Assembly (NCBI GenBank): GCA_010909165.1 | Contig: MU008191.1 | Coordinates: 62,001 to 126,000 of the forward strand | From: Anthoceros angustus | Lineage: Eukaryota; Plantae; Anthocerotophyta | Length of the DNA stretch: 64,000 nt | Direction: 5' to 3' | In this document: positions 35,796 to 48,461 of the stretch, one piece after another | How the letters are laid out: each line of letters begins with the position of its first letter | Numbering within the stretch: position 1 is the stretch's first letter | The notes under the pieces: generated by a model | Databases searched by the model: none | The model's input: only the letters and a program-made list of their open reading frames with translations | Told to the model about the DNA's origin: nothing | Made by a program: the position numbers and the translations under genes

Positions 35796-38700
35796 GCGCT
35801 TTCATTTCTGTGGGATTGCGGCGGCTGGGGATTTTTCCTTTCAGCTCGGGAGGGCGGTGGTGGACCCCTTGCTTCGCGCACATGGCTCGGGAATTGGTAG
35901 GCAGACCTGGGTTTCGTCGTCCACGTCCTCCTGCGCTTTGAATTGTGGTTCAAGCAGTTGAATTTGCGCGGAATTCAGCCGTACATCCATGTCGTGGCCA
36001 ATTTTTCTTCTTGCTGGATGGCAACCAGACAGAGGCAGGCATGCCTGGATCTGTAGATTTTCGCGAATTGGTAGCTGCTGTGTATGGCTCAATTCACGGA
36101 CGATCACTTGTTTACAGTTGGATCTCAAGAAATGGGAATTGCAGCTGCATGTATCGTGAAATTTCCGGGCCCGGTGATAGGAGCGGATGTGCAATTTGCG
36201 CAATGGAGCAATGCCGGGTCGCATGGTAGGGGGTGGATGCTGGTCCTGTCGTTGTTAATTCCGGCTTTTCGTGTGCAGCAGAGCGTGAAGTCTGTGGCAC
36301 AGGCCTTGCCTTTGGACACGTACGTCCAGCCAACTGTTGGGGATCTCGGAGTACGTAAAGGCTTCACTGACTCCGTGAGTACTGGGTAATCCTCCTCTTT
36401 TTGTGTGCATTGGGAAATCCGCCTGCTGGAGGCTCGCATTCAACTCCTGAGCTTGTGTGATGATCTTGTTTTTTAGCAGCCGAGAGTTATGAACGACCAG
36501 AATCGTTTGTTTGGGTCCTGTGCAGATCGGGAATACCCCTCTCATACGGCTAACCAAAGCCTCCGAAGAAACAGGCTGTGAAATATATGCAAAGGTCTGA
36601 TTGAAATGTTGAGCCTTCACTGTCTTGTCGGATGTCGGGCATTGTCGTGTGTTACGGTCTCAGATTCTTGGTTTGATGATCACAGGCGGAGTTTTTGAAT
36701 CCTGGAGGATCGGTGAAGGACAGGGCAGCTTTGTACATCATCAAGGTGAGAGCCCTTCACTCTTTGCCTGTGGCCATAAGATGGAGATGTGTAAGTCTTT
36801 GGCTTGGCCCTAGAATGACCAGTGGCTATTATGTCCAGGATGCTGAGGAGAAGGGGCTTCTTAAGCCTGGCGGTGTGATTGTTGAGGGAACGGCTGGTAA
36901 CACAGGCATCGGTTTGGCCCTGGTGGCCAATGCCAAGGGTTACAAAACCGTCATTGTGATTCCAGAAACACAGACCAAGGTATTGCTCATTCCTTTTTGT
37001 TGTTCCTGAGTATTTATTGTGGTATCTCGGGACCCCTTTCCCCACTTCTGTGCTCGTCTAGACTTCTCAATGAGTATTTTGATGTTTACGGTGATGCATC
37101 TGCTGTTGCGCAGGAGAAAAAGGATATGCTACGGCTTGCCGGTGCAACTCTTGTCGAGGTATGATTCTGTTGGCGGTTGGAGCTGGGATACTTCGCTGCA
37201 CTTCCCTCAGTTGGAAGTTTATGGCTGAACATTTCTGTTGTGGATTATGCTTTTCTGTAGGTGCCTGCTGTACCCTACAAGAACCCCAACAACTATGTGA
37301 AGTACTCAGGAAGACTGGCAGAGTCTTTGGCAAAGGTAAGTGGAGTTGAAGTGTTCTGAGACGTTCCACCGGGTTGTACTTGAGGTCCCAAGTATATGAG
37401 GAATAAGCTGACCTAAAGGATATGTTGTTGGATTGAATGTTGTGCTGCAGACCCATCCAGGAGGTGCCATCTGGGGCAATCAGGTCTTCCTCAGGATCCC
37501 TTGTATGTCTGTTCAAAAGTAGATATATTACGTCATTGAGGGTGTTTTCTGGTCCGTGTTGTAGTCTTTTCCCAAGATGTTTCCAATGGCTCGCTGCCGA
37601 AAGCTAATAGGCTACTTTGTGTGTGTTGCCATGGCCACAGTTTGACAACACTGCAAATCGGCAAGCACACTATGAGACTACAGGTGAGAGTCAGTTCATG
37701 GAGCAACGATGGTATGGTGCATTTGTTGCAAGATGAACTATATATGATGAATTTTGTGAATTATGTTTTATTCAGGCCCTGAAATATGGAAGCAGACTGG
37801 AGGAAAGGTTGATGCTTTTATCTGTGCCATAGGCACCGGTGGACGCTCTCTGGGACAGGGAAGGTGAATATCTGGTCTGCTGTCTGTGTTGGTCCTGCAA
37901 CCTAAATATCTGGTCTGCTGTTTGTGTCGGTCCTTTAACCTGAATATGTATATCTGCTGAACAACCACGTGGTCACATCCTGCAGTACCTGAAAGAACAG
38001 AATCCAAACATCAAAATTGGGATGGTGGATCCCTTTGGAGCGGCTATGTACAGCTATTACGCCACTGGTGTGCTCGAATCTTCAGGCAATTCAGTATGTT
38101 CCTTGCTCATGCCCTTGTCTACAGCGATCAGTTGGATACATGTAGTGGTTTACATTTCAACTGATATTTCCTATGCTTACAACTTGTCACCAAACAGATA
38201 TCTGAGGGTATAGGCCAAGGTCGGGTTACCGCAAATTTGGAGGGCTGGGGTGTTCCCAGTCGAGAAGGAGGCGTTGTTGATTTTTGGTGCCAGGTACGGA
38301 TGATTAACTAGACACAGAATTGTTAGGCAGTGTCAGGCAGGCGTGCTTCTTCTCCACTTCTTCTCCAGACCCTCCACCCTAAGAATATCAAGTCAATATG
38401 GTTCAGGTCAGTGATGAAGTCTTTTCCCAAGATGTTTCCAATGGCTCGCTGCGAAAGCTAATAGGCTACTTTGTGTGTGTTGCCATGGCCACAGTTTGAC
38501 AACACTGCAAATCGGCAAGCACACTATGAGACTACAGGTGAGAGTCAGTTCATGGAGCAACGATGGTATGGTGCATTTGTTGCAAGATGAACTATATATG
38601 ATGAATTTTGTGAATTATGTTTTATTCAGGCCCTGAAATATGGAAGCAGACTGGAGGAAAGGTTGATGCTTTTATCTGTGCCATAGGCACCGGTGGGACG

Positions 38701-39663
38701 CTCTCTGGGACAGGGAAGGTGAATATCTGGTCTGCTGTCTGTGTTGGTCCTGCAACCTAAATATCTGGTCTGCTGTTTGTGTCGGTCCTTTAACCTGAAT
38801 ATGTATATCTGCTGAACAACCACGTGGTCACATCCTGCAGTACCTGAAAGAACAGAATCCAAACATCAAAATTGGGATGGTGGATCCCTTTGGAGCGGCT
38901 ATGTACAGCTATTACGCCACTGGTGTGCTCGAATCTTCAGGCAATTCAGTATGTTCCTTGCTCATGCCCTTGTCTACAGCGATCAGTTGGATACATGTAG
39001 TGGTTTACATTTCAACTGATATTTCCTATGCTTACAACTTGTCACCAAACAGATATCTGAGGGTATAGGCCAAGGTCGGGTTACCGCAAATTTGGAGGGC
39101 TGGGGTGTTCCCAGTCGAGAAGGAGGCGTTGTTGATTTTTGGTGCCAGGTACGGATGATTAACTAGACACAGAATTGTTAGGCAGTGTCAGGCAGGCGTG
39201 CTTCTTCTCCACTTCTTCTCCAGACCCTCCACCCTAAGAATATCAAGTCAATATGGTTCAGGTCAGTGATGAAGAAGCGTTACCAGTCATGTTCGATCTG
39301 CTGAAGCAAGAAGGGCTTTGCATGGGTCTCTCAACTGGTATCAACGTCGGAGGTAGTCCCTTTTTTCCTGTCCCACAATGCTCTTCGAGAGCAGAGACTG
39401 AGACAAGCTCGTGTGTGCTACTGTTACTGTGCTCCTGTTGATAAAATGTGGCCCAACTGCTGTCAGGAGCAATAAAGCTGGCGAAAGAGCTGGGTCCAGG
39501 CCACACAATCGTCACAATTCTGTGTGACGTGGGAACCAGATACCAGAGCAAGCTGTACAATGTGGACTTTCTCAAAGCCAAGGGGCTGCCGTATCCTACG
39601 TGGTTAGATCCAGCCTATAAAGAGGTGGACTTCCCCGCCGTGTTCGAGGAGGTCCAGACTTAG
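35660..39663 (+). CDS. Cysteine synthase / O-acetylserine(thiol)lyase of the PRK10717 (fungal Cys11/CysB-like) type, multi-exon; start uncertain (ATG 35660 or 36132)
   Basis: [37 protein letters not shown] (PLP Lys), [91 protein letters not shown]. Confidence 0.92.
37563..39274. repeat. ~855-bp intragenic tandem duplication in the cysteine synthase gene (copies start at 37563 and 38418)
   Basis: Near-identical exons and introns are repeated; copy 1 lacks one G in the GTGGT codons (frameshift) while copy 2 is intact. Confidence 0.9.
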
Positions 39664-40137
39664 ATTTTCTTGTTTTGTAGAGATCCTGCAATTTTATGGG
39701 ACACCCTGCCGCGAGTGGTCACTTCTCGTTCTTGGTGAAGAGGCATCCTGTGTCTCATTCAAGGGTGACCTCAGCAAAGTCAAATTGGACGATTTTTTGA
39801 AATAAAGATGGAAACTCCAGACACATAGCCGGAGTGAGCGGGACGCAAGGAGCATTGTGTATGCGTTTTAATCAGTCATCAGCTTCAAATTCTGCCAGAC
39901 GCAATCCTTGCACACACCCAATGGCCTCTAATGGAGTGACAGTCCAAGACCCGTCACCAGCAGCTCTTCATCCAAGAGCATCAACCCGTCACCAGCAGCT
40001 CTTCATCCAAGAGGCATCAACCAACAGACACACCTCTTTACGTAGCACCCTGCACAGATTAAGGACACACATGAACGCTCAACATTGTAATTATCCCGAC
40101 ACTGAATGAAAGCACATATCCATTTTCAATCTCAATA

Positions 40138-40150
40138 TGGTATCAGAGCC
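40138..40150 (+). other. Copia primer-binding site (tRNA-iMet type)
   Basis: TGGTATCAGAGCC immediately after the 5' LTR. Confidence 0.9.
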
Positions 40151-41293
40151 ATGCCGTGATGAAAAGCCTACCGTTATGAAAGGCCTACCGTGTGACACTG
40201 GTGCGCTTGAAGTTTCTGGTGGTTAAAAGCCATGGCTCAGAACAGGGGAATACGCGTGCATCAGGCACCGCCACATGGGGAACATTTTCCCGCTCCTCGA
40301 TTTCCCTGCAACCACCGACGACTTCAGCGCTACACCTCACCAAGAACATCAAATAGCGCAACCAACAGCACGGTGAAGCCTGAGACTTACAACAAATCCT
40401 GACATCATGTCAAGAGCCGGCGGAGGAGCCGGTGGAGGGACCGTGACAGGAGCAAGTGGAGGAGCCGCTCAACCTAACCCTGGATACCTCACCAGCTTCC
40501 GCATCGAAATCAAGGAAAAAGATAGATTCACTGGTACAGATTACGATGTGTAGTCTACGAGAATGAGAGGGCACTTGGAAGATGCCGATTTGTGGACAAT
40601 AGTCGACGGATCGCTCCCTTGCCCTAATTCCGCAGGTCCAGATCTTGATCACTGGAACAAATCAGAGAGGAAAGCCAGAAACCTCTTGATTGCGGATCGA
40701 TAAGGACATGGTGCATCATACCTTTGGTGCACCTCGTCCCACAACATTCGAGCGCCGCTGATGTATGAAGCAACTGATCCACAGCACGTTGCCACAGCGA
40801 CAAGGAACTTTCACCTCCTTAAATATAAGGACGGGAGAGCATCCACACATCCCGAGCACTTTCCAACCCTAAGAGCAAGACGGCCTCTTGTGGTACAACT
40901 CTCTCGAGCTCGAGGCGCCATAGCCCTCCTCATGACACTACCACAAAGGCGTGCCTTCACGACCACACAAACGGCCTTATCAAACAATCACAACTCGCAA
41001 AGAAATTAAAACTTGAGAGGAGATGACCCTCTCGAGGTCATAGCGGTCATCATAGAGGAAGACTCGCCAGGATCCTCAAGAAGCGCCCAGGACATGCCTT
41101 GTTCATCTCGAGGCCAAACGGCAAAGACAACCAAGAAATAGAAGCCAAGGTGAAGGAGGAGAGTTCGTCTTCTTGAGCCCCGCCAATCCCGTCGAAAAGG
41201 GAGCCGAATCGGTGGTAAAACCAGGGCACTATGAGCGAGTGCAAGTAAACAAGCGGGCGAACCAAGAAAGCTGGTCCCCAAAGTGCTAATGTT

Positions 41294-43471
41294 GTGCAGC
41301 GAGTGCCAACAATCCTCATCACTGCTCTCACACCCGGCAGTGACAGTTGCTCCTCATGGTACTTAGACAGCGGAGCTTCGCTCACATCTGTAAGCAGCTG
41401 CTTCTCCACCTACAAACCACTGCAGGAGGGAGGGCTGATTTATGTTGCAGACAACCGGACTGCAAATGTTTGTGGCACTGGCACGGTTACCCTAACGTGC
41501 AAGACTGGTGGCACAATAACCCTGACAGACGTGCTTCACGTACCTAAGGTAGCAAAGAACCTTGTCTCAGTGAGCAGCCTGACAGACGACAAGAAACATG
41601 AGGTACACTTCAAGGCCCAGAAGTGTGAGATTTCCTTGTATGAAAATCCCCTTGCGGTTATCTGCCACGGAGAGAAGGAGGATCGGCTCTACACTCTTGA
41701 AGCGACTGCTACCCTTGGATCAACCCCCTTGGCTCAGACTTCAAATAAATCAGAAGTAACAAAGCTATGGCATCTACGCTTGGGACATCCCAATCTGAAG
41801 CGTATGAAGGAGATGCAGGCAGGTCAGCTATATGCAGAGCCTCTACCTGAGTTCAGTGACTCGCTCTTCTATGAGGGCTGTCTGCTCGGTAAAAGTAAAG
41901 AGACACCATACCCTCGTGCCTCCACTCACCGTGCAACTGAGCTACTTCAGCTGGTACACATCGATCTCTGCGGGCCTATGTCAACTCACTCGTTTGGAGG
42001 AGCATCTTACTTTATGCCCGTGGTCGATGACAAATCCCGTATGGTTCACACCTATTTTCTGCGTCTCAAGAGTGAGGCTTTCGCTAAGTTTCGGGAATTC
42101 CATGCGATGGCAGAACGTCAGACTAGCTGCAAGCTTAAATGTGTGCGCTCGGATGGTGGAGGTGAGTTCATGTCTGCTGAGTTCACCTCCTACCTCTCTG
42201 ACCGAGGAATAACTCGACAGGTGACTGTTCCCTATGCTCACGCACAACACGGTGTTGCGGAGAATTGTAATCGGCGTTTGCAGGAGATGGCCAGGGCCAT
42301 GTTGGCTCATTCACATCTGTCACATGGTTACTGGGCTGAGGCAGTTTGCACTGCCACACACTTAGTGAATCGTCTGCCCACATCTGCACTCCTGGACATG
42401 ACACCCTTTGAGGTTTGGAGTGGCATCAAGCCCTCCTTGACCCACCTTCGTGTGTTCGGGTCTGAAGCTTACTCTTGGATTCCCAAGGAGAAGCGCCATG
42501 CTCTTGATTCCAAGACTAGTAAATTCGATCCTCGAGCACAGAAGCGCATATTTGTTGGATATATGGACGGGGTCAAAGGCTACAAGCTCATTCACCCAAA
42601 CTCCCATCAGGTTACAATCTCTCGGAGTGTTTATGTGCGTGAACACCTGGATTCCTCTTCTAGTTTTACAGGAGACAGCGGGAGTCTCATTGGCTCTTAC
42701 CCCGACCTTGACTCCTCTGCTCGCCATGTGGAGGAGGACATTGAGCCTGAGATTGAGATCCCTGAACAACGCTCCGTGCACCAACCCCTTGGTCAACCCC
42801 CTGCTCAGGCAGATCCATTGCTCTCTCCGGTCGTCCATGCTGGAGGAGATCAGGATGCTGGCGGAGACCAGGATGTTGGAGGTGATCAGGATGCTCACTC
42901 TTCTAACTCAGCTGCAGCACAACCTTCTTCCGCTGCGACCATCATTCCAGAGAGACGTCAATCTACCAGAGTTCGTAGGCGACCTGCTTATCTGGATGCC
43001 AATCATGTCCCAGGAGATGCTCTACAGCAGCCAACTGTTCCTCAACAGCCTAACATTGTAGAAGCCGCTCCTGATGCTTCTGAAATGGAAACCATGTCCC
43101 AGCGATGCAGCATGAGGCCCCGAACAATCTCATGGCAAGGGCTATCTTGCCACTCATGTGCTAGAGCCCGCAAGCTGGAAGAAGCACTCAAATCCCCTGA
43201 CAAGGAAGGGTGGATCAAGGCAATCCAACAGGAGTACGATTCACTCATCGAACTAAAGACATGGGTGCTCACCTCACTCCCTCCCGGTCGCAAGGCCATT
43301 AAATGCAAATGGACCTTCAAACGAAAGCTGAAATCTGATGGAACAACAGAAAGACTCAAGGCAAGGCTGGTGGTCAAGGGCTACAGTCAAAGGCCTGGCC
43401 TTGACTACGGAGATAACATTTATGCACATGGTGGCTGCTCAATCTGCCGATTCCTTCGGCAATTGCGGTGA
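41294..43471 (+). CDS. Copia pol segment (protease, integrase, start of RT); 725-aa open frame within an otherwise frameshifted polyprotein
   Basis: ORF track; motifs as listed for the element. Confidence 0.9.
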   Translation: MQRVPTILITALTPGSDSCSSWYLDSGASLTSVSSCFSTYKPLQEGGLIYVADNRTANVCGTGTVTLTCKTGGTITLTDVLHVPKVAKNLVSVSSLTDDKKHEVHFKAQKCEISLYENPLAVICHGEKEDRLYTLEATATLGSTPLAQTSNKSEVTKLWHLRLGHPNLKRMKEMQAGQLYAEPLPEFSDSLFYEGCLLGKSKETPYPRASTHRATELLQLVHIDLCGPMSTHSFGGASYFMPVVDDKSRMVHTYFLRLKSEAFAKFREFHAMAERQTSCKLKCVRSDGGGEFMSAEFTSYLSDRGITRQVTVPYAHAQHGVAENCNRRLQEMARAMLAHSHLSHGYWAEAVCTATHLVNRLPTSALLDMTPFEVWSGIKPSLTHLRVFGSEAYSWIPKEKRHALDSKTSKFDPRAQKRIFVGYMDGVKGYKLIHPNSHQVTISRSVYVREHLDSSSSFTGDSGSLIGSYPDLDSSARHVEEDIEPEIEIPEQRSVHQPLGQPPAQADPLLSPVVHAGGDQDAGGDQDVGGDQDAHSSNSAAAQPSSAATIIPERRQSTRVRRRPAYLDANHVPGDALQQPTVPQQPNIVEAAPDASEMETMSQRCSMRPRTISWQGLSCHSCARARKLEEALKSPDKEGWIKAIQQEYDSLIELKTWVLTSLPPGRKAIKCKWTFKRKLKSDGTTERLKARLVVKGYSQRPGLDYGDNIYAHGGCSICRFLRQLR

Positions 43472-45499
43472 GCACGACCTTGATGTACATCAACCGGACA
43501 TTTCGGACCTTCCTCTATGCCACACTAAAGGAGGAGATTTACATGGAGCAACCACCGATGTATGTTGACCCCAAGAGACCTACAGGTGCAAGCTCCTCAA
43601 GGGCTGTGACGGCCTCAAGCAATCACCACCGAATTCTACGTCGATTGGCCACCTTATTCGATTTGGCTTCGCCAAGACCTTAGCGGACGAACTTATACTT
43701 GCTGCGAGGAGACAAATTCTGGCGTCTCAGATGTCGAATCGACGCATCATGTTTACCAATGACCCTGGAAAGCTGCTTGTAGATGTAAAGGAGATGCTTG
43801 CTGCCAAGTTTAAGATGAGGGACATAGGGCCCCTGGAGTATTGTCTCGGTGTACAAATCCGCCGAGATAGAAAGGCAGGCACTCTATCCTTGCTTCAATC
43901 AAAGTATGTACTTGAAATTCTAGATAGGTTCAAGCTCTCAGATACCCGGCCTGCCCCAACACCACTTTCAGCTGGAATCAAACTCACCTCAGCTGACTGC
44001 CCCACAACTGAGGTAGAAAAGGAGGACATGGCCAAGGTCCCTTACCTTAGCGCTGTTGGCAGTCTTATCTACTTGCTTGGTTGGACACGATATGACATTT
44101 CCTATGCTGCCTCTAGTGTAGCACAGTTCATGTCTAATCCTGGCAGGGCACACTGGATGTGCGTGAAGAGAATCTATCGTTATTTGAAGGGCACAACTCA
44201 CCGTGGAATCACTTACAAGAGGTCAAGTAACGGAGTGCTTAACTTTGAGGTCGGTCGATGCGACCGCATCGACCACGATGCTCGTCAGTGTTGCACTATG
44301 TTTTCACCGAGGATCACCAGATATCATGGTCAAGCAAGAAGCTTGCCACGATTTCTACATCTAGTGCTAAAAGCGAATATGGAGCCCTATCCAAGGCCGG
44401 AAAGGAAATTGTACACTGCAGGCAGATCCTTGAAGATCTTGGCTACCCACAAGCTGACCCCACTGTTCTACCCTGTGACAGCACTGCAGCTATTGCTTTA
44501 ACCAAGGGTGACAGATTTCACGCTAGAACAAAGCACATAGAAGTTGCTTATCACTTTGTGAGGCAGCTTGTAGCGAGAGGTACTGTCAAGCTTCTATATG
44601 TTCCATCGAGTCCAACTTAGCCGACCTCCTCACTAAGTCGCTAGGCAAAGCCAAGCATGAAGCACTCACTTCAGCCTTAGGCCTCGCGGACCTCAGAACC
44701 TCATCTGATTCTTCATCTCTTACAAGTCTGGATGCTATAGCTGAGCGGGAGTAATGGAGTGACAGTCCAAGACCCGTCACCAGCAGCTCTTCATCCAAGA
44801 GGCATCAACCAACAGACACACCTCTTCACGTAGCACCCTGCACAGATTAAGGACACACATGAACGCTCAACATTGTAATTATCCTGTGGACTACGGACTT
44901 CCCTGGGGGGTTAGAAATTAGGTGGGGTTTTGTTTTTTTTGTAGGGGTAAAGGATAAAATGAGGCGGAAAAGGGGAAATAAGCATGGGTAGCACTCCGGA
45001 CGGCACTCTGGAGTATTCTCCGGACCCCAGAGTGAGGAACGTACCAGGACCTACTATGGTAGGTGCCACGGTAACAGGATAAGTCCGGACCCACTCCAAG
45101 ACCGGGCAGGGTAAGTACGCCCAGAAAAGTAACTCAGGAGTTGAGCCGTGGGAGCGGACCAGGCGCCGCCACGTGGGCAACTCTGAGTGGAGAACGGCAT
45201 GCAGCTGGCCAGGACCGTAACCTTGCCAGAGGCCGTTATAGCGGTATTCACGCGCGGTGCGGCGGCGTACAGTCTGTGGCGGCGTAAGGCGAAGCGGGCG
45301 TAAGGGGAGAATAAGCCATGCACCGCGCTACAGTGAAGAGGCGCCCGCCAGCCGGGTTACTCCGGAGGCGGCGAAGGGAAGGTCATTCACGCACCGAGAC
45401 AATTCTCGCGATCTCTTGCGCTCCGATCCGGCTCTCTGGCGGTATCTCGTGGGACACTCGGGCGTCTTGGCGGCTCACCGTTGAGGTCGGAGCAGAACG

Positions 45500-46240
45500 C
45501 GGCCAAGAATGCGCAGCCTCCTGGCCAAAGAACCAAGGAGAAGGCGATGGCACCCAAAAGCCCGGAAGTTTGGGAGCCATGGAACCTTGTGGGCGCAACA
45601 TTGTGACCCGCGCTATCCGGACTTTGGGCCTGCCCAGGAAGGTGAGAATGTGGAGTGGCATTTGGATGTGTTCCATGGTCCGACATTTGATGTCACTCTG
45701 GTCGGGAGTTCGCCGGAAGATCTTGGCGGTCAATAAGGAGGTGCGGTCCAAGAACCTCGGGAGGACCCAAGGCGATGGACCTTGAGGTCCCGAGGCGGCC
45801 TACAACCGCCCCAAGGAGGAAGAGGGGAGTGGTGCGGGCCCCTCAAGGCGAAGGGAAGATAGGGCCAGCCACGGCGATGCTAAGGCACAGGGGCCAGCGG
45901 AAGTTTGGGAGCCATGGAACCTTGTGGGCGCAACATTGTGACCGGCTATCCGGACTTTGGGCCCACAGCTCCGAGGCGGAGAATTGGTGCGGAGTGGCAT
46001 TTGGATGTGTTCGGATAGTGCGGACATTTGATGTCACTCTGGTCGGGAGTTCGCCGGAAGATCTTGGCGGTCAATAAGGAGGTGCGGTCCAAGAACCTCG
46101 GGAGGACAAGCGATGGACCTTGGAGGTCTGAGGCGGCCTACCGCCCAAGGAGGAAGAGGGGGTGGTGCGGGCCCCTCAAGGCGAAGGGAAGATAGGGCCG
46201 ACCACGGCGATGCTAAGGCACAGGCGGACCACCAGCGGTT
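45500..46240. repeat. Two ~335-bp direct subrepeats in the gypsy LTR
   Basis: AAGTTTGGGAGCCATGGAACCTTGTGGGCGCAACATTGTGACC and GATCTTGGCGGTCAATAAGGAGGTGCGGTCCAAGAACCTCGGGAGGAC each occur twice. Confidence 0.85.
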
Positions 46241-46432
46241 GGGCGATATCCGACTGTTGGACGGTCGAGTAAGGCGGTGGCCGGATCATTGTCCACTGGA
46301 ACCTACTCACCAAGGTGGATCACCTTGGTGATAATCTGTAGTATTCTGCCTGCGCTGCGGTGAGGAAAGGCGGGGAAGGATTATCTTCGCCGGTTTAGCG
46401 AGAGGCTCGCAAGCTCGGGAGGACCCAAGGCG

Positions 46433-48461
46433 ATGGAGCAGGCATCCCCACATCCATGTATGGGGCATTTGAACTCCTCAAGGAAGGAGGCGGAGGAAGC
46501 TCGGGAGGAGGCGGAGGCGGCGGGAGGTGGAGGCGGGCAAGGCGGAGGAGGAGGCCGGTCGTCGAAAGCCAAGCGGACTCGGGAGGAGGCGGGAGGATTC
46601 GGACTCCATCGTGCAGCGGACCCCTCACCACCCGAAGTATGGGAAGAAATTCCGCCTCCCTCCTGGTGCCCCAACCAGGCGGCCGATCCAGGAGGCGGCC
46701 CAGGCCGGCCGCCACCGGCCATCACTCGGTGAGGCCGCCGGACGAGGCCGAAGAGCGCAAGACCACGGCTACCAGCGGCACCCGGTCGGTGCAGTACCCA
46801 CTTGCGGGTGAGGCGGAGAAGGCGATGGGAGGCGAGAAGGAAGGAGGCGGTGGCGGAGGCGGAGGACAGCAGCCACAGGCAGTCTGTCGCCCGGCGGAAG
46901 GGCAAAAGGCTTGCTCCGGACTCCCTCACCTCCTCAAGGCCCAGGGAGGAAAAGGCGGAGAAGGCTCGCGGCCAAAAGGGCCAAGGAGGAAGCTCGGGGC
47001 TCGGCCTCGGGACCTAAGGGTCTGATTAGGTCCGAGAACCCAGTCGGACTTACTCGGACGGTATGGAGGTCCTTGGCGGACCGTGAGATCTCACTCACGG
47101 ACTTTGTGGGAGCCTCACGGCGGCCGTGGAAGAAACACGGCGGGTCACAGCTACCGTCATGGACGGTATGCTGGGTCTCTTGGGATGGCGAGAAGACCCG
47201 GAGGTAGAAGCCACCGGGCGCATGGTACTCCTCCGAGGCGGTTGGAGGAGCCGGGAGGCGAAGGAAGGCAGCTCTCGGCGGATTGAGGAGAAGCGCCGGG
47301 AGGCGAGAGGGAGGTCTGGTCCATCCATGAGGCCGGACCAAATTCCTTCAGTGGAGGCAGTGAGCGGCCAAGGAGGCCCAAGCGGGCGGAGGACCTCTGC
47401 GGGCGGAGGCGTGGCGAGCGAGGGCCGGGCGCAAGCGAGCAGGCGGGATCTGGCGGAGGCGGCCGTGGACGAGCCAAGTGGAGGCTCGGTGAAGGTGGCC
47501 AGGAGGCGGAGGCCACGGCGGCCGATCGCGATCACTATCGGCGTGATCGGGCCGGTGGAGGCGGAGAGCCACGGCCAATCAAGGCCGAGCAAGTGGAGGC
47601 GGTGGCGGAGCAAGCACGGACAAGCCAAGCGGACTCGGGAGGAGGCCGGCCGAAATCGGGACCTCGGCGCGGTGCAGAGGAGTAGAAGGGAGGCGGAGTT
47701 GGAGGGCAGAGGACACCTTGGAGTTACAACTCCAAGATGCGTCGGGCGACAAGGAATTCTCAATGGGAGAATCCAGACTTGACGGAGATAGGCGCCTCGG
47801 CTGCACGAAGATGGAGGCGGAGGTGGCGGAGCAAGCGCGGACCAGCAGGCCAAGCTGACAAGGTGGAGGATCTCCGGACTCGGCTCCGGGAGGTGGGCGG
47901 CGGAGATGGAGGACCGCAAGGAGACTTTGGGCTGCGGCTCAAACTATCGTGAGAGGAATGGTAGTGCGGGACATGGTCGAGGCAGCCGGAAAAAGCGGCT
48001 CGGCTATCAACTGGCGGGGAGTCGATGGCGATGGAGCAGGGCGGGGCGTCGCCGAGATGGAAAAGCTGGGTGAAGCGCGGTCTGGCCGTGTTGCCCGGCC
48101 GTGGAGGCGGGAGATGGCGGAGTTGACGGAATGGACAAGGCGGAGGCGGACAAGAAGGCTGGTCGGTGAGGAAGTCGGAAGGAGCAGCTGCGTTATGGCG
48201 GGCAAGTGGCGGTGAGCGGAAGCGGAGAGAGTTGGAGCAAGTGGAGCAGCGGAGGTGGCAGGCGGCCTGGCGACCTCGCGGCACCGGCCTCTATCCAACT
48301 GGCGGGAGGTGGAGCAACAAGCGCAGGCTCGGCTCCGGAGCATCTATGGCGAAGGGAGTATCGGTGCTCGGGCACCGTGGAAGAGGCAATCCGGCAAGTG
48401 GATTCGGACTTTGCCTATTACCACCGAGCTCCCAGGCGGTAGAGGCCTCTCGGGCCAATAG
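46433..48461 (+). pseudogene. Degenerate ~2-kb accessory ORF (charged, coiled-coil-like) inside the inferred LTR; mostly repeated at ~48500-50091
   Basis: ATG at 46433; purine-rich GAG/GCG/AAG codon texture; protein-like segments DSDSIVQRTPHHPKYGKKFRLPP, KGLIRSENPVGLTR and LELQLQDASGDKEFSMGES; both copies end GKWIRTLPITTELPGGRGLSGQ*. Many frameshifts. Confidence 0.5.

Larger units (their letters stand above)
39929..44884 (+). mobile_element. Ty1/copia LTR retrotransposon; its 3' LTR is interrupted at 44884 by a gypsy insertion
   Basis: 5' LTR 39929-~40137, PBS TGGTATCAGAGCC, degenerate gag, then PR WYLDSGAS, LWHLRLGH, IN LVHIDLCGP, RT KCKWTFKRK and RNaseH ISWSSKK..RTKHIEVAYHFVR in copia order; PPT GAGCGGGAG 44743-44751; 3' LTR 44752-44884. 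Confidence 0.95.

Noticed and set aside
33425-35953. Apparent second ankyrin and PRS paralogues and chimeric ORFs
   Set aside because: Near-identical scrambled copies of 31183-33716 with microhomology junctions; not independent genes.
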